From positions 34,100,001-34,164,000 of the forward strand of contig OZ024741.1 in NCBI GenBank assembly GCA_964016885.1: DNA of 64,000 bases, given 5' to 3'. Both the position numbers and the translations under genes were made by a program. This document shows, one piece after another, positions 12,698 to 28,408 of the stretch. Each line of letters starts with the position of its first letter. Within the stretch, counting starts at the first letter, position 1. Below the pieces are notes generated by a model. That model was given only the letters and a program-made list of their open reading frames with translations, did not search any database and was not told the origin of the DNA. The DNA comes from Eledone cirrhosa. Lineage: Eukaryota.

Positions 12698-12777
12698 TAC
12701 ACACACACATTGCACCACATAATCTAACGGACCACCTATATGTGTTTGTGTGTTGGGCGGGAGGGATACCAACTCCA

Positions 12778-12843
<66 letters not shown>

Positions 12844-13072
12844 GTGAGGCAGATGTTGATCACAATCACCACCACCATCATGATGATAACAGTGATGAGA
12901 TGATGATGGTGAAGGAGGAGGGAGGCTGAAGTTGTTGTTTACATCTGATTTTGTTTGTTTTTTTGTTTGTTAATTTCTGCAACAGCCCAACATTATCACT
13001 TTAGCTCCTTCAACCTCTGGCTTTCTACACACATCATTATTGTCATTACACTACCTACTGTATGTTTCATTA

Positions 13073-16000
13073 TCACCAACACTACCACTACCAACACTAC
13101 CACTACCAACACTACCACAACCAACACTACCACATCTAACACTACCACCACCAACACTACCACTACCAACACTACCACTACCAACACTACCACATCTAAC
13201 ACTACCACTACCAACACTACCACAACCAACACTACCACAACCAACACTACCACGACCAACACTACCACGACCAACACTACCACCACCAACACTACCACTA
13301 CCAACACTACCACATCTAACACTACCACTACCAACACTACCACTACCAACACTACCACTACCAACACTACCACTACCAACACTACCACTACCAACACTAC
13401 CACTACCAACACTACCACTACCAACACTACCACATCTAACACTACCACTACCACTACCAACACTACCACTACCAACACTACCACCACCAACACTACCACT
13501 ACTACCACAACCAACACTACCACTACCAACACTACCACATCCAACACTACCAACACTACCACTACCAACACTACCACAACCAACACTACCACAACCAACA
13601 CTACCACTACCAACACTACCACTACCAACACTACCACTACCAACACTACCACTACCAACACTACCACTACCAACACTACCACTACCAACACTACCACTAC
13701 CAACACTACCACTACCAACACTACCACTACCAACACTACCACTACCAACACTACCACTACCAACACTACCACTACCAACACTACCACTACCAACACTACC
13801 ACTACCAACACTACCACTACCAACACTACCACATCTAACACTACCACAACCAACACTACCACTACCAACACTACCACAACCAACACTACCACAACCAACA
13901 CTACCACTACCACAACAAACACTATCACAACCAACACTACCACAACCAACACTATCACCTCCAACACTATCACCTCCAACACTACCACAACCAACACTAC
14001 CACAACCAACACCACCATGACCAACACTACCACAACCAACACTACCACTACCAACACTACCACCACCAACACTACCACGACCAACACTACCACGACCAAC
14101 ACTACCATGACCAACACTACCACAACCAACACTACCACAACCAACACTACCACAAACAACACTACCACCACCAACACTACCACAACCAACTCCACCACAA
14201 CCAACACTACCACTAACCACCACCAACACTACCACGACCAACACTACCACAACCAACACTACCACGACCAAAACGACCAACACTTCCATGACCAACACTA
14301 CCACCACCTACACTACCACAACCAACACTACCACAACCAACACTACCACGACCAACACTACCACCACCAACACTACCACGACCAACACTACCACCACCAA
14401 CACTACCACAACCAACACTACCACAACCAACACTACCACCACCAACACTACCACAACCAACACTACCACAACCAACACTACCACGACCAACACTACCACC
14501 ACCAACACTACCACGACCAACACTACCACCACCAACACTACCACCACCAACACTACCACAACCAACACTACAACTACCAACACTACCACTACCAACACTA
14601 TCACGACCAACACTACCACCACCAACACTACCACCACCAACACTTCCACCACCAACACTACCACGACCAACACTACCACGACCAACACTACCATCACCAA
14701 CACTACCACAACCAACACTACCACAACCAACACTACAACTACCAACACTACCACTACCAACACTACCACCACCAACACTACCACGACCAACACTACCACC
14801 ACCAACACTACCACCACCAACACTACCACAACCAACACTACAACTACCAACACTACCACTACCAACACTATCACGACCAACACTACCACGACCAACACTA
14901 CCACCACCAACACTTCCACCACCAACACTACCACGACCAACACTACCACTACCAACACTACCACAACCAACACTACCACAACCAACACTACCACGACCAA
15001 CACTACCACCACCAACACTTCCAACACTACCACGACCAACACTACCACGACCAACACTACCATCACCAACACTACCACAACCAACACTACCACAACCAAC
15101 ACTACCACAACCAACACTACCACAACCAACACTACCACGACCAACACTACCACGACCAACACTACCACAACCAACACTACCACGACCAACACTACAACGA
15201 CCAACACTACCACGACCAACACTACCACGACCAACACTACCACAACCAACACTACCACAACAACACTACCACGACCAACACTACCACAACCAACACTACC
15301 ACGACCAACACTACCACGACCAACACTACCACCACCAACACTACCACCACCAACACTACCACTACCAACACTACCACCACCAACACTACCACAACCAACA
15401 CTACCACTACCAACACTACCACCACCAACACTACCACAACCAACACTACCACCACCAACACTACCACGACCAACACTACCACCACCAACACTACCACCAC
15501 CAACACTACCACCACCACCAACACTACCACCACCAACACTACCACGACCAACACTACCACAGCCAACACTATCACAACCAACACTACAATTACCAACACT
15601 ACCACCACCAACACTACCACCACCAACACTACCACCACCAACACTACCACAACCAACACTATCACAACCAACACTACAACTACCAATACTACCACCACCA
15701 ACACTACCACCACCAACACTACCACAACCAACACTATCACAACCAACACTACCACCACCAACACTACCACCACCAACACTACCACAACCAACACTACCAC
15801 AACCAACACTACCACAACCAACACTACCACAACCAACACTACCACAACCAACACTACCACAACCAACACTACCACGACCAACACTACCACGACCAACACT
15901 ACCACGACCAACACTACCACCACCAACACAACCACAACCAACACAATCACCTCCAACACTACCACGACCAACACTACCACCACCAACACTACCACCACCA

Positions 16001-19000
16001 ACACTACCACCACCAACACTACCACAACCAACACTACCACAACCAACTCTACCACAACCAACACTTCCACCACTTCCACTACCAACACTTCCACTACCAA
16101 CACTACCACGACCAACACTACCACCACCAACACTACCACCACCAACACTACCACAACCAACACTACCACCACCAACACTACCACGACCAACACTACCACC
16201 ACCAACACTACCACAACCAACACTACCACAACCAACACTACCACAACCAACACTACCACCACCAACACTACCACCACCAACACTACCACCACCAACACTA
16301 CTACCACCAACACTTCCACTACCAACACTACCACCACCAACACTTCCACTACCAACACTTCCACCACCAACACTACCACAACCAACACTACCACAACCAA
16401 CACTACCACCACCAACACTACCACCACCAACACTACCACCACCAACACTACCACCACCAACACTTCCACTACCAACACTACCACCACCAACACTTCCACT
16501 ACCAACACTTCCACCACCAACACTACCACAACCAACACTACCACAACCAACACTACCACGGGCAACACTACCACGACCAACACTACCACAACCAACACTA
16601 CCACAACCAACACTGCCACTACCAACACTACCACAACCAACACTACCACCACCAACACTACCACAACCAACTCTACCACAACCAACACTACCACAACCAA
16701 CACTACCACAAACAACACTACCACCACCAACACTACCACAACCAACTCTACCACAACCAACACTACCACTACCAACACTACCACCACCAACACTACCACG
16801 ACCAACACTACCACAACCAACACTACCACGACCAAAACGACCAACACTTCCATGACCAACACTACCACCACCTACACTACCACAACCAACACTACCACAA
16901 CCAACACTACCACGACCAACACTACCACCACCAACACTACCACGACCAACACTACCACCACCAACACTACCACGACCAACACTACCACAACCAACACTAC
17001 CACCACCAACACTACCACAACCAACACTACCACAACCAACACTACCACGACCAACACTACCACCACCAACACTACCACGACCAACACTACCACCACCAAC
17101 ACTACCACCACCAACACTACCACAACCAACACTACAACTACCAACACTACCACTACCAACACTATCACGACCAACACTACCACGACCAACACTACCACCA
17201 CCAACACTTCCACCACCAACACTACCACGACCAACACTACCACGACCAACACTACCATCACCAACACTACCACAACCAACACTACCACAACCAACACTAC
17301 AACTACCAACACTACCACTACCAACACTACCACCACCAACACTACCACGACCAACACTACCACCACCAACACTACCACCACCAACACTACCACAACCAAC
17401 ACTACAACTACCAACACTACCACTACCAACACTATCACGACCAACACTACCACCACCAACACTACCACCACCAACACTTCCACCACCAACACTACCACAA
17501 CCAACACTACCACAACCAACACTACCACAACCAACACTACCACAACCAACACTACCACGACCAACACTACCACGACCAACACTACCACAACCAACACTAC
17601 CACGACCAACACTACAACGACCAACACTACCACGACCAACACTACCACGACCAACACTACCACAACCAACACTACCACAACAACACTACCACGACCAACA
17701 CTACCACAACCAACACTACCACGACCAACACTACCACGACCAACACTACCACCACCAACACTACCACCACCAACACTACCACTACCAACACTACCACCAC
17801 CAACACTACCACAACCAACACTACCACTACCAACACTACCACCACCAACACTACCACAACCAACACTACCACCACCAACACTACCACGACCAACACTACC
17901 ACCACCAACACTACCACCACCAACACTACCACCACCACCAACACTACCACCACCAACACTACCACGACCAACACTACCACAGCCAACACTATCACAACCA
18001 ACACTACAATTACCAACACTACCACCACCAACACTACCACCACCAACACTACCACCACCAACACTACCACAACCAACACTATCACAACCAACACTACAAC
18101 TACCAATACTACCACCACCAACACTACCACCACCAACACTACCACAACCAACACTATCACAACCAACACTACCACCACCAACACTACCACAACCAACACT
18201 ACCACAACCAACACTACCACAACCAACACTACCACAACCAACACTACCACAACCAACACTACCACAACCAACACTACCACAACCAACACTACCACGACCA
18301 ACACTACCACGACCAACACTACCACGACCAACACTACCACCACCAACACTACCACCACCAACACTACCACAACCAACACAATCACCTCCAACACTACCAC
18401 GACCAACACTACCACCACCAACACTACCACCACCAACACTACCACCACCAACACTACCACAACCAACACAATCACCTCCAACACTACCACGACCAACACT
18501 ACCACAACCAACACTACCACTACCAACACTACCACAACCAACACTACCACGACCAACACTACCACGACCAACACTACCACTACCAACACTACCACGACCA
18601 ACACTACCACGACCAACACTACCACCACCAACACTACCACCACCAACACTACCACCACCAACACTACCACCACCAACACTACCACCACCAACACTACCAC
18701 CACCAACACTACCACAACCAACACAATCACCTCCAACACTACCACGACCAACACTACCACAACCAACACTACCACTACCAACACTACCACAACCAACACT
18801 ACCACGACCAACACTACCACGACCAACACTACCACGACCAACACTACCACGACCAACACTACCACGACCAACACTACCACGACCAACACTACCAAAACCA
18901 ACACTACCACCACCAACACTTCCAACACTACCACGACCAACACTACCAAAACCAACACTACCACCACCAACACTTCCAACACTACCACGACCAACACTAC

Positions 19001-22000
19001 CAAAACCAACACTACCACCACCAACACTTCCAATACTACCACGACCAACACTACCAAAACCAACACTACCACTACCAACACTACCACTACCAACACTACC
19101 ACTACCAACACTACCACTACCAACACTACCACTACCAACACTACCACTACCAACACTACCAAAACCAACACTACCACTACCAACACTACCACGACCAATA
19201 CTACCACTACCAACACTACCACTACCAACACTACCACTACCAACACTACCACGACCAACATTACCACGACCAACACTACCAAAACCAACACTACCACGAC
19301 CAACACTACCAAAACCAACACTACCACTACCAACACTACCACTACCAACACTACCACCACTACCAACACTACCACAACCAACACTACCACTACCAACACT
19401 ACCACGACCAACATTACCACGACCAACACTACCACTACCAACACTACCACGACCAATACTACCACGACCAATTCTACCACCACCAACACTACCACCACCA
19501 ACACTACCACGACCAACATTACCACAACCAACACTACCACGACCAACACTACCACTACCACATCCAACACTACCACAACCAACACTACCACAACCAACAC
19601 TACCACAACCAACACTACAACTACCAACACTACCACTACCAACACTATCACGACCAACACTACCACGACCAACACTACCACCACCAACACTTCCACCACC
19701 AACACTACCACGACCAACACTACCACGACCAACACTACCATCACCAACACTACCACAACCAACACTACCACAACCAACACTACCACCACCAACACTACCA
19801 CGACCAACACTACCACGACCAACACTACCACGACCAACACTACCACCACCAACACTTCCACTACCAACACTTCCACTACCAACACTACCACCACCAACAC
19901 TTCCACCACTTCCACTACCAACACTTCCACTACCAACACTACCACGACCAACACTACCACCACCAACACTACCACCACCAACACTACCACAACCAACACT
20001 ACCACCACCAACACTACCACGACCAACACTACCACCACCAACACTACCACAACCAACACTACCACAACCAACACTACCACAACCAACACTACCACCACCA
20101 ACACTACCACCACCAACACTACCACCACCAACACTACTACCACCAACACTTCCACTACCAACACTTCCACTACCAACACTACCACCACCAACACTTCCAC
20201 TACCAACACTTCCACCACCAACACTACCACAACCAACACTACCACAACCAACACTACCACCACCAACACTACCACCACCAACACTACCACCACCAACACT
20301 ACCACCACCAACACTTCCACTACCAACACTACCACCACCAACACTTCCACTACCAACACTTCCACCACCAACACTACCACAACCAACACTACCACAACCA
20401 ACACTACCACGGGCAACACTACCACGACCAACACTACCACAACCAACACTACCACAACCAACACTGCCACAACCAACACTACCACCACCAACACTATCAC
20501 AACCAACACTACCACCCCCAACACTACCACCACCAACACTCCCACGACCAACACTACCACCACCAACACTACCACCAACAACACTACCACCACCAACACT
20601 ACCACCACCAACACTACCACCACCAACACTACCACAACCAACACTATCACAACCAACACTACCACCACCAACACTACCACCACCAACACTACCACGACCA
20701 ACACTACCACCACCAACACTACCACCACCAACACTACCACAACCAACACTATCACAACCAACACTACCACCACCAACACTACCACCACCAACACTACCAC
20801 CACCAACACTACCACCACCAACACTACCACAACCAACACTATCACAACCAACACTACCACCAACAACACTACCACCACCAACACTACCACCACCAACACT
20901 ACCACCACCAACACTACCACAACCAACACTACCACCACCAACACTACCACCACCAACACTACCACGACCAACACTACCACAACCAACACAATCACCTCCA
21001 ACACTACCACGACCAACACTACCACAACCAACACTACCACGACCAACACTACCACGACCAACACTACCACTACCAACACTACCACGACCAACACTACCAC
21101 CACCAACACTACCACCACCAACACTACCACCCCCAACACTACCACCACCAACACTACCACCAACAACACTACCACAACCAACACTACCACCACCAACACT
21201 ACCACCACCAACACTACCACCACCAACACTACCACCACCAACACTACCACCAACAACACTACCACAACCAACACTACCACCACCAACACTACCACCACCA
21301 ACACTACCACCACCAACACTACCACCAACAACACTACCACAACCAACACTACCACTACCAACACTACCACAACCAACACAATCACCTCCAACACTACCAC
21401 GACCAACACTACCACGACCAACACTACCACGACCAACACTACCACGACCAACACTACCACGACCAACACTACCACTACCAACACTACCACCACCAACACT
21501 TCCACTACCAACACTTCCACTACCAACACTACCACCACCAACACTTCCACCACTTCCACTACCAACACTTCCACTACCAACACTACCACGACCAACACTA
21601 CCACCACCAACACTACCACCACCAACACTACCACAACCAACACTACCACCACCAACACTACCACGACCAACACTACCACCACCAACACTACCACAACCAA
21701 CACTACCACAACCAACACTACCACCACCAACACTACCACCACCAACACTACCACCACCAACACTACTACCACCAACACTTCCACTACCAACACTTCCACT
21801 ACCAACACTACCACCACCAACACTTCCACTACCAACACTTCCACCACCAACACTACCACAACCAACACTACCACAACCAACACTACCACCACCAACACTA
21901 CCACCACCAACACTACCACCACCAACACTACCACAACCAACACTATCACAACCAACACTACCACCAACAACACTACCACCACCAACACTACCACCACCTA

Positions 22001-24715
22001 CACTACCACCACCAACACTACCACAACCAACACTACCACCACCAACACTACCACCACCAACACTACCACGACCAACACTACCACAACCAACACAATCACC
22101 TCCAACACTACCACGACCAACACTACCACAACCAACACTACCACGACCAACACTACCACGACCAACACTACCACGACCAACACTACCACGACCAACACTA
22201 CCACGACCAACACTACCACCACCAACACTACCACCACCAACACTACCACCCCCAACACTACCACCAACAACACTACCACAACCAACACTACCACCACCAA
22301 CACTACCACCACCAACACTACCACCACCAACACTACCACCACCAACACTACCACCACCAACACTACCACCAACAACACTACCACAACCAACACTACCACC
22401 ACCAACACTACCACCACCAACACTACCACCACCAACACTACCACCACCAACACTACCACCAACAACACTACCACAACCAACACTACCACTACCAACACTA
22501 CCACAACCAACACAATCACCTCCAACACAATCACCTCCAACACTACCACGACCAACACTACCACGACCAACACTACCACGACCAACACTACCACGACCAA
22601 CACTACCACGACCAACACTACCACGACCAACACTACCACGACCAACACTACCACTACCAACACTACCACCACCAACACTTCCACTACCAACACTTCCACT
22701 ACCAACACTACCACCACCAACACTTCCACCACTTCCACTACCAACACTACCACGACCAACACTACCACCACCAACACTACCACCACCAACACTACCACAA
22801 CCAACACTACCACCACCAACACTACCACGACCAACACTACCACCACCAACACTACCACAACCAACACTACCACAACCAACACTACCACCACCAACACTAC
22901 CACCACCAACACTACCACCACCAACACTACTACCACCAACACTTCCACTACCAACACTTCCACTACCAACACTACCACCACCAACACTTCCACTACCAAC
23001 ACTTCCACCACCAACACTACCACAACCAACACTACCACAACCAACACTACCACCACCAACACTACCACCACCAACACTACCACCACCAACACTACCACCA
23101 CCAACACTTCCACTACCAACACTACCACTACCAACACTTCCACCACCAACACTACCACAACCAACACTACCACAACCAACACTACCACGGGCAACACTAC
23201 CACGACCAACACTACCACAACCAACACTACCACAACCAACACTGCCACTACCAACACTACCACAACCAACACTACCACCACCAACACTATCACAACCAAC
23301 ACTACCACCCCCAACACTACCACCACCAACACTCCCACGACCAACACTACCACCACCAACACTACCACCAACAACACTACCACCACCAACACTACCACCA
23401 CCAACACTACCACCACCAACACTACCACAACCAACACTATCACAACCAACACTACCACCACCAACACTACCACCACCAACACTACCACGACCAACACTAC
23501 CACCACCAACACTACCACCACCAACACTACCACGACCAACACTACCACCACCAACACTACCACAACCAACACTATCACAACCAACACTACCACCACCAAC
23601 ACTACCACCACCAACACTACCACCACCAACACTACCACCACCAACACTACCACAACCAACACTATCACAACCAACACTACCACCAACAACACTACCACCA
23701 CCAACACTACCACCACCAACACTACCACCACCAACACTATCACAACCAACACTACCACCACCAACACTACCACCACCAACACTACCACGACCAACACTAC
23801 CACAACCAACACAATCACCTCCAACACTACCACGACCAACACTACCACTACCAACACTACCACGACCAACACTACCACCACCAACACTACCACAACCAAC
23901 ACTATCACAACCAACACTACCACCAACAACACTACCACCACCAACACTACCACCACCAACACTACCACCACCAACACTACCACAACCAACACTATCACAA
24001 CCAACACTACCACCACCATCACTACCACCACCAACACTACCACGACCAACACTACCACAACCAACACAATCACCTCCAACACTACCACGACCAACACTAC
24101 CACAACCAACACTTCCATGACCAACACTACCACGACCAACACTACCACAACCAACACTACCACGACCAACACTACCACGACCAACACTACCACTACCAAC
24201 ACTACCACGACCAACACTACCACCACCAACACTACCACCAACAACACTACCACAACCAACACTACCACTACCAACACTACCACCACCAACACTACCACCA
24301 CCAACACTACCACCACCAACACTACCACCAACAACACTACCACAACCAACACTACCACCACCAACACTACCACCACCAACACTACCACCACCAACACTAC
24401 CACCACCAACACTACCACCAACAACACTACCACAACCAACACTACCACTACCAACACTACCACAACCAACACAATCACCTCCAACACTACCACGACCAAC
24501 ACTACCACAACCAACACTACCACGACCAACACTACCACGACCAACACTACCACTACCAACACTACCACGACCAACACTACCACCACCAACACTACCACCA
24601 CCAACACTACCACCCCCAACACTACCACCACCAACACTACCACCACCAACACTACCACCACCAACACTACCACCACCAACACAACCACCACCACCACCAC
24701 CACCACCACCACCAC
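13073..24715. repeat. 11.6-kb satellite of the 15-bp unit ACCAACACTACCACN with kb-scale higher-order duplications
   Basis: Direct reading; rare variants recur in the same order (see findings). Confidence 0.97.
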
Positions 24716-24763
24716 ATATAAAACAGACTTGTTCAGCTGTGTGTTGGGACTATTTATGTAAGT

Positions 24764-24777
24764 ATGGTGTGTATGTA

Positions 24778-24810
<33 letters not shown>

Positions 24811-24842
24811 GTGTATGTATGTCCGTAAATATGGTGTGTATG

Positions 24843-24873
<31 letters not shown>

Positions 24874-24905
24874 GTGTATGTATGTCCGTAAATATGGTGT
24901 GTATG
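24764..24905. repeat. Tandem duplication of about 60 bp containing (TA)n (tatggtgtgtatgt...gtccgtaaa)
   Basis: Two copies plus a partial one. Confidence 0.75.
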
Positions 24906-25228
24906 TATGTGTGAGTGCATGTATGTATGTAAATATGGTGTGTATGTATATGTATGTGTATGATGATATTCTGCTTAGTGTGTATACACACCTGCTCTCT
25001 TCATCACCTTCATCACCCCCTTCACATTACACACCACACTCCATACTTGATCTTTACATTATTACAGCCTGAAAGACGGGCCATATACACACACATGACC
25101 ACAGATATATATATATATATATACACACATGACCACAGGTACACACACATATATATATACATATATACACATGATCACAGATGTATATATATATATACAC
25201 AGGACCACAGGTGTATATATATATATAT

Positions 25229-25540
25229 ATAATTGTTTCTACTTTAGGCACAAGGCCAGCAAATACCCAGTGCATTACTGGTACTTTATTTTATCTACCC
25301 CGTAAGGATGAAAGGCAAAGTCAACCTCGGCGAGATTTGAACTCAGATCGTAAAGGGACATAACTATGCTGGAAAGCATGGCGTCCGACCCTCTATATAT
25401 ATATAATTGTTTCTACTTTAGGCACAAGGCCAGCAATTACCCAGTGCATTACTGGTACTTTATTTTATCGACCCCGTAAGGATGAAAGGCAAAGTCAACC
25501 TCGGCGGGATTTGAACTCAGATCGTAAAGGGACGTAACTT
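25229..25540 (-). mobile_element. Two tandem SINE family A copies, each preceded by (TA)n
   Basis: 25229-25394 and 25404-25540 are near-identical to 3215-3410. Confidence 0.85.
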
Positions 25541-25605
25541 ATAATGGCAATGAATTAGTTTTGTGAGATTTTTGATATGAAATCGTGTGTCGAAACAAAT
25601 ATTGT

Positions 25606-25940
25606 TATACTTGGGGAGGGTCATATTTGTGTAATAATATTGCCAGAATTAATAACAGAACACACTCACTGTTTAGTTGGTTTTCGCTTCTCTGTCTTTT
25701 ATATCGGTTAATTTAATTTATTCGGTCCTCAATGTTACCATTGACTGACCAACGGACAAAAATACAGATACAATATAGACACAAACACATATATATAGTC
25801 TATCAAAGTTCTTTCGTTGCACATCTGCAACATCGTCAGTGGTGCTATTATGTTTCCTCCCGTTGTATTGTATGCCAACGCCATCTTTATTTATTTAATT
25901 CTGGCAATATTATTACACAAATATGACCCTTCCAAGTATA
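25606..25940. mobile_element. Element with about 47-bp inverted repeats (MITE-like or fold-back)
   Basis: tatacttggggagggtcatatttgtgtaataatattgccagaattaa at 25606 is mirrored by ttaattctggcaatattattacacaaatatgacccttccaagtata at 25895-25940. A related sequence lies at 27097-27172. Confidence 0.7.
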
Positions 25941-26734
25941 TATATATATATACACATGATAACAGGTATTTATTTATATATATATATATATATATAAAAA
26001 AAACATGAGAAGAAAGAGGAATACTGCGTTGTTGAACATGGGTTACATATTATAAAATTAGTCCCTCGTCAGTGATTTGCCAACCATCATTGGCATTTCA
26101 TCGCATTAAAAATCATATACCTCAGGTTGGTGCGAGTAATAACTAAAAAAAGCTATTGGGACAAGTGAGTCGCGTAAAGCGAGTGAGACAAGTAAACAAC
26201 ATAGAAGGATAAAAGCAAACCGAAGATAGGAAAAAAAACAAGCAACATGGTTATCCGGTCAGCATAAGCTGGGTGGATTTCATGAGCGTTCAGAATACAG
26301 ACCGTCCGACCTGAGTGAGATGTGAGAAAGAAAGAAAGAACCCCACTACCATCGAAACGGGAGGAAGTGAGAATGGGAGAAACAGAGAGTGAGTGAGTGG
26401 AAGTGCGAGGAAGAGGTCAGTCGAGAGAAAGTGTAACTGACAGAGGGGGCGAAAGAAGGTGAGAGAAACAGTGAGAACGGGGGAGCAGTAAGAGAGAAAG
26501 AGAGAAACAGACAAACGCAGCCGAGGTAAATATGTATAAAAAACATGAGAAGAAAGAGGAATACATATATATACACATGATCACAGGTATGTACATATAT
26601 AGATACACATGACCACAGGTATTTATATATATACATACACATGACCATATATATATATATACAGACACATGACCACAGGTATATATATACATATATATAT
26701 ATACACACACACATGACCACATGTATATATATAT

Positions 26735-27071
26735 GGTAAAGACCCCTTCGGTCACGAATGGCCATGGGATTTGTACCTAGAAAGTTTTCCTCCGAGGCAC
26801 AAGTCCAGGCAAGGTTGTTTTGTGGAAGACCAGCAGTCACCCATGCATACCAGTCTCCCCTCTCTACGCCACCGATGAGGTCCAAGGGAAAGGCAATGGC
26901 CGATACAGCTTGGTACCAGTGACGTCGCAACTCATTTCTACAGCGGAGTAAACTGGAGCAACATGAAATAAAGTGTCTTACTCAAGGACACAACACATCA
27001 TCCGGTCCAAGAATTGAACTCACAACCTTCCGATTGCAAGTCCAATGCTCTAACCACTAGGCCATGCGCCT
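26735..27071 (-). mobile_element. SINE with family B head and central domain but a different 3' half
   Basis: 26932-27071 matches the family B head; 26735-26930 does not resemble the RTE tail. Confidence 0.8.
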
Positions 27072-27181
27072 TCACAGTATATATATACATGGCAACATGA
27101 CCCTCCCAAAGCATAACAATATCGGTTTCAACACACGTTTTCAGATAAAGAATCTTGCTAAACAAATTCAGAAACGAAATA

Positions 27182-27221
<40 letters not shown>

Positions 27222-27577
27222 CATATATATACATGTCAATACACATGCACACAGGTATACAAATATATGTACATATATACATACATGTTCAATACTATAC
27301 ATGTTTGCTCTTATACGTATATGTGTATGAGCAAGATATGGTCACCTGACCTGGCATTGCTCACAGCAGGACAACTCGTCGAAGTGGAAAAATGGGTGTT
27401 AAACGGTGATGATGATGATGATGCACACATATATATGCATGTTCACACACACACACACAGACACATATATATATATATATTTGTAGTAAGGTTGCTTGGA
27501 TGTGTCCATATGCGGTATGCCAGTTGAGCACTCTATGCTCATTCGGAGCAGAGTATGATAATATGGAAAACGAAGTT

Positions 27578-27605
<28 letters not shown>

Positions 27606-27609
<4 letters not shown>

Positions 27610-28082
27610 CATGGATGTATATCTGTGAGCATATATTTATTTGTTTATTCAATTTAAACACCTTGTCCTTATATATATATATATATGGAAAACGAAGAAT
27701 CAGTGAAACATCAAAACAAAATTTATTAACGTATTACAATTATTTCTCCGGTGAACAGCTCGAGCTGCAATCTATTTGTGGATCGAACCTGACTCTGGAT
27801 TCGCAAGTTCGTCAGATACGTCTGGCGACTTTGGAACAGGCAGAGGATTTGCTTCAAAGTCACTAGACGTATCTGACGAACTTGCGAATCCAGAGTCAGG
27901 TTCGATCCACAAATAGATTGCAGCTCGATCTGTTCACCGGAGAAACAATTGTAATACGTTAATAAATTTTGCTTTGATGTTTCACTGATTCTTCGTTTTC
28001 CATATATATATATATATAAGGACAAGGTGTTTAAATTGAATAAACAAATAAATATATGCTCACAGATATACATCCATGCACA
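27606..28082. repeat. Near-perfect fold-back palindrome with about 228-bp arms, each carrying a hammerhead-like motif (Penelope-like pseudo-LTR derivative, inferred)
   Basis: Mirror-image ORFs 27555..27866(+) and 27726..28073(-) encode nearly the same peptide; the centre is near 27844. Confidence 0.92.
27866..27960 (+). ncRNA. Putative type I hammerhead ribozyme motif (mirror copy on the minus strand at about 27729-27822)
   Basis: ACGTAT-CTGACGA-[62 nt imperfect stem II]-GAAA-CAATTG-TA-ATACGT, then AATAAA. Stem I is a perfect 6 bp and stem III is the palindromic ACAATTGT. Confidence 0.6.
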
Positions 28083-28351
28083 TATATATATATTTGTATT
28101 TATATATACATATATATATATAAACGGAAAAAATGAAACAAAATTTCATTTCCCACCCTTAGTACGGCTGTTACTTAAATATAAGTATGTATACGTACAT
28201 ACATATATGTATACAGACGTACAGTAGTATGTATATATATATATGCACACATATATATATGCACACACATATATATGCACGCACGGATTCACCGAACATT
28301 TATTATAATGCTCGGTGTGTTTGTAAACAAACATCCCGTATGCATGTGTGC

Positions 28352-28408
<57 letters not shown>

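Noticed and set aside
12955-24120. 3721-aa ORF as a real single-exon protein
   Set aside because: It starts at TTG and passes through three different repeat phases via 1-nt indels; the lack of stops follows from base composition. It is kept only as a candidate exon in the findings.
12996-24991. Minus-strand poly-Val/Leu ORFs
   Set aside because: Antisense translation of the 15-mer satellite.
26070-26135. Hammerhead on the minus strand (CCAAC-CTGAGGT...GAAA...GTTGG)
   Set aside because: The core deviates (CUGAGGU, no valid UH triplet) and stem II is poor.
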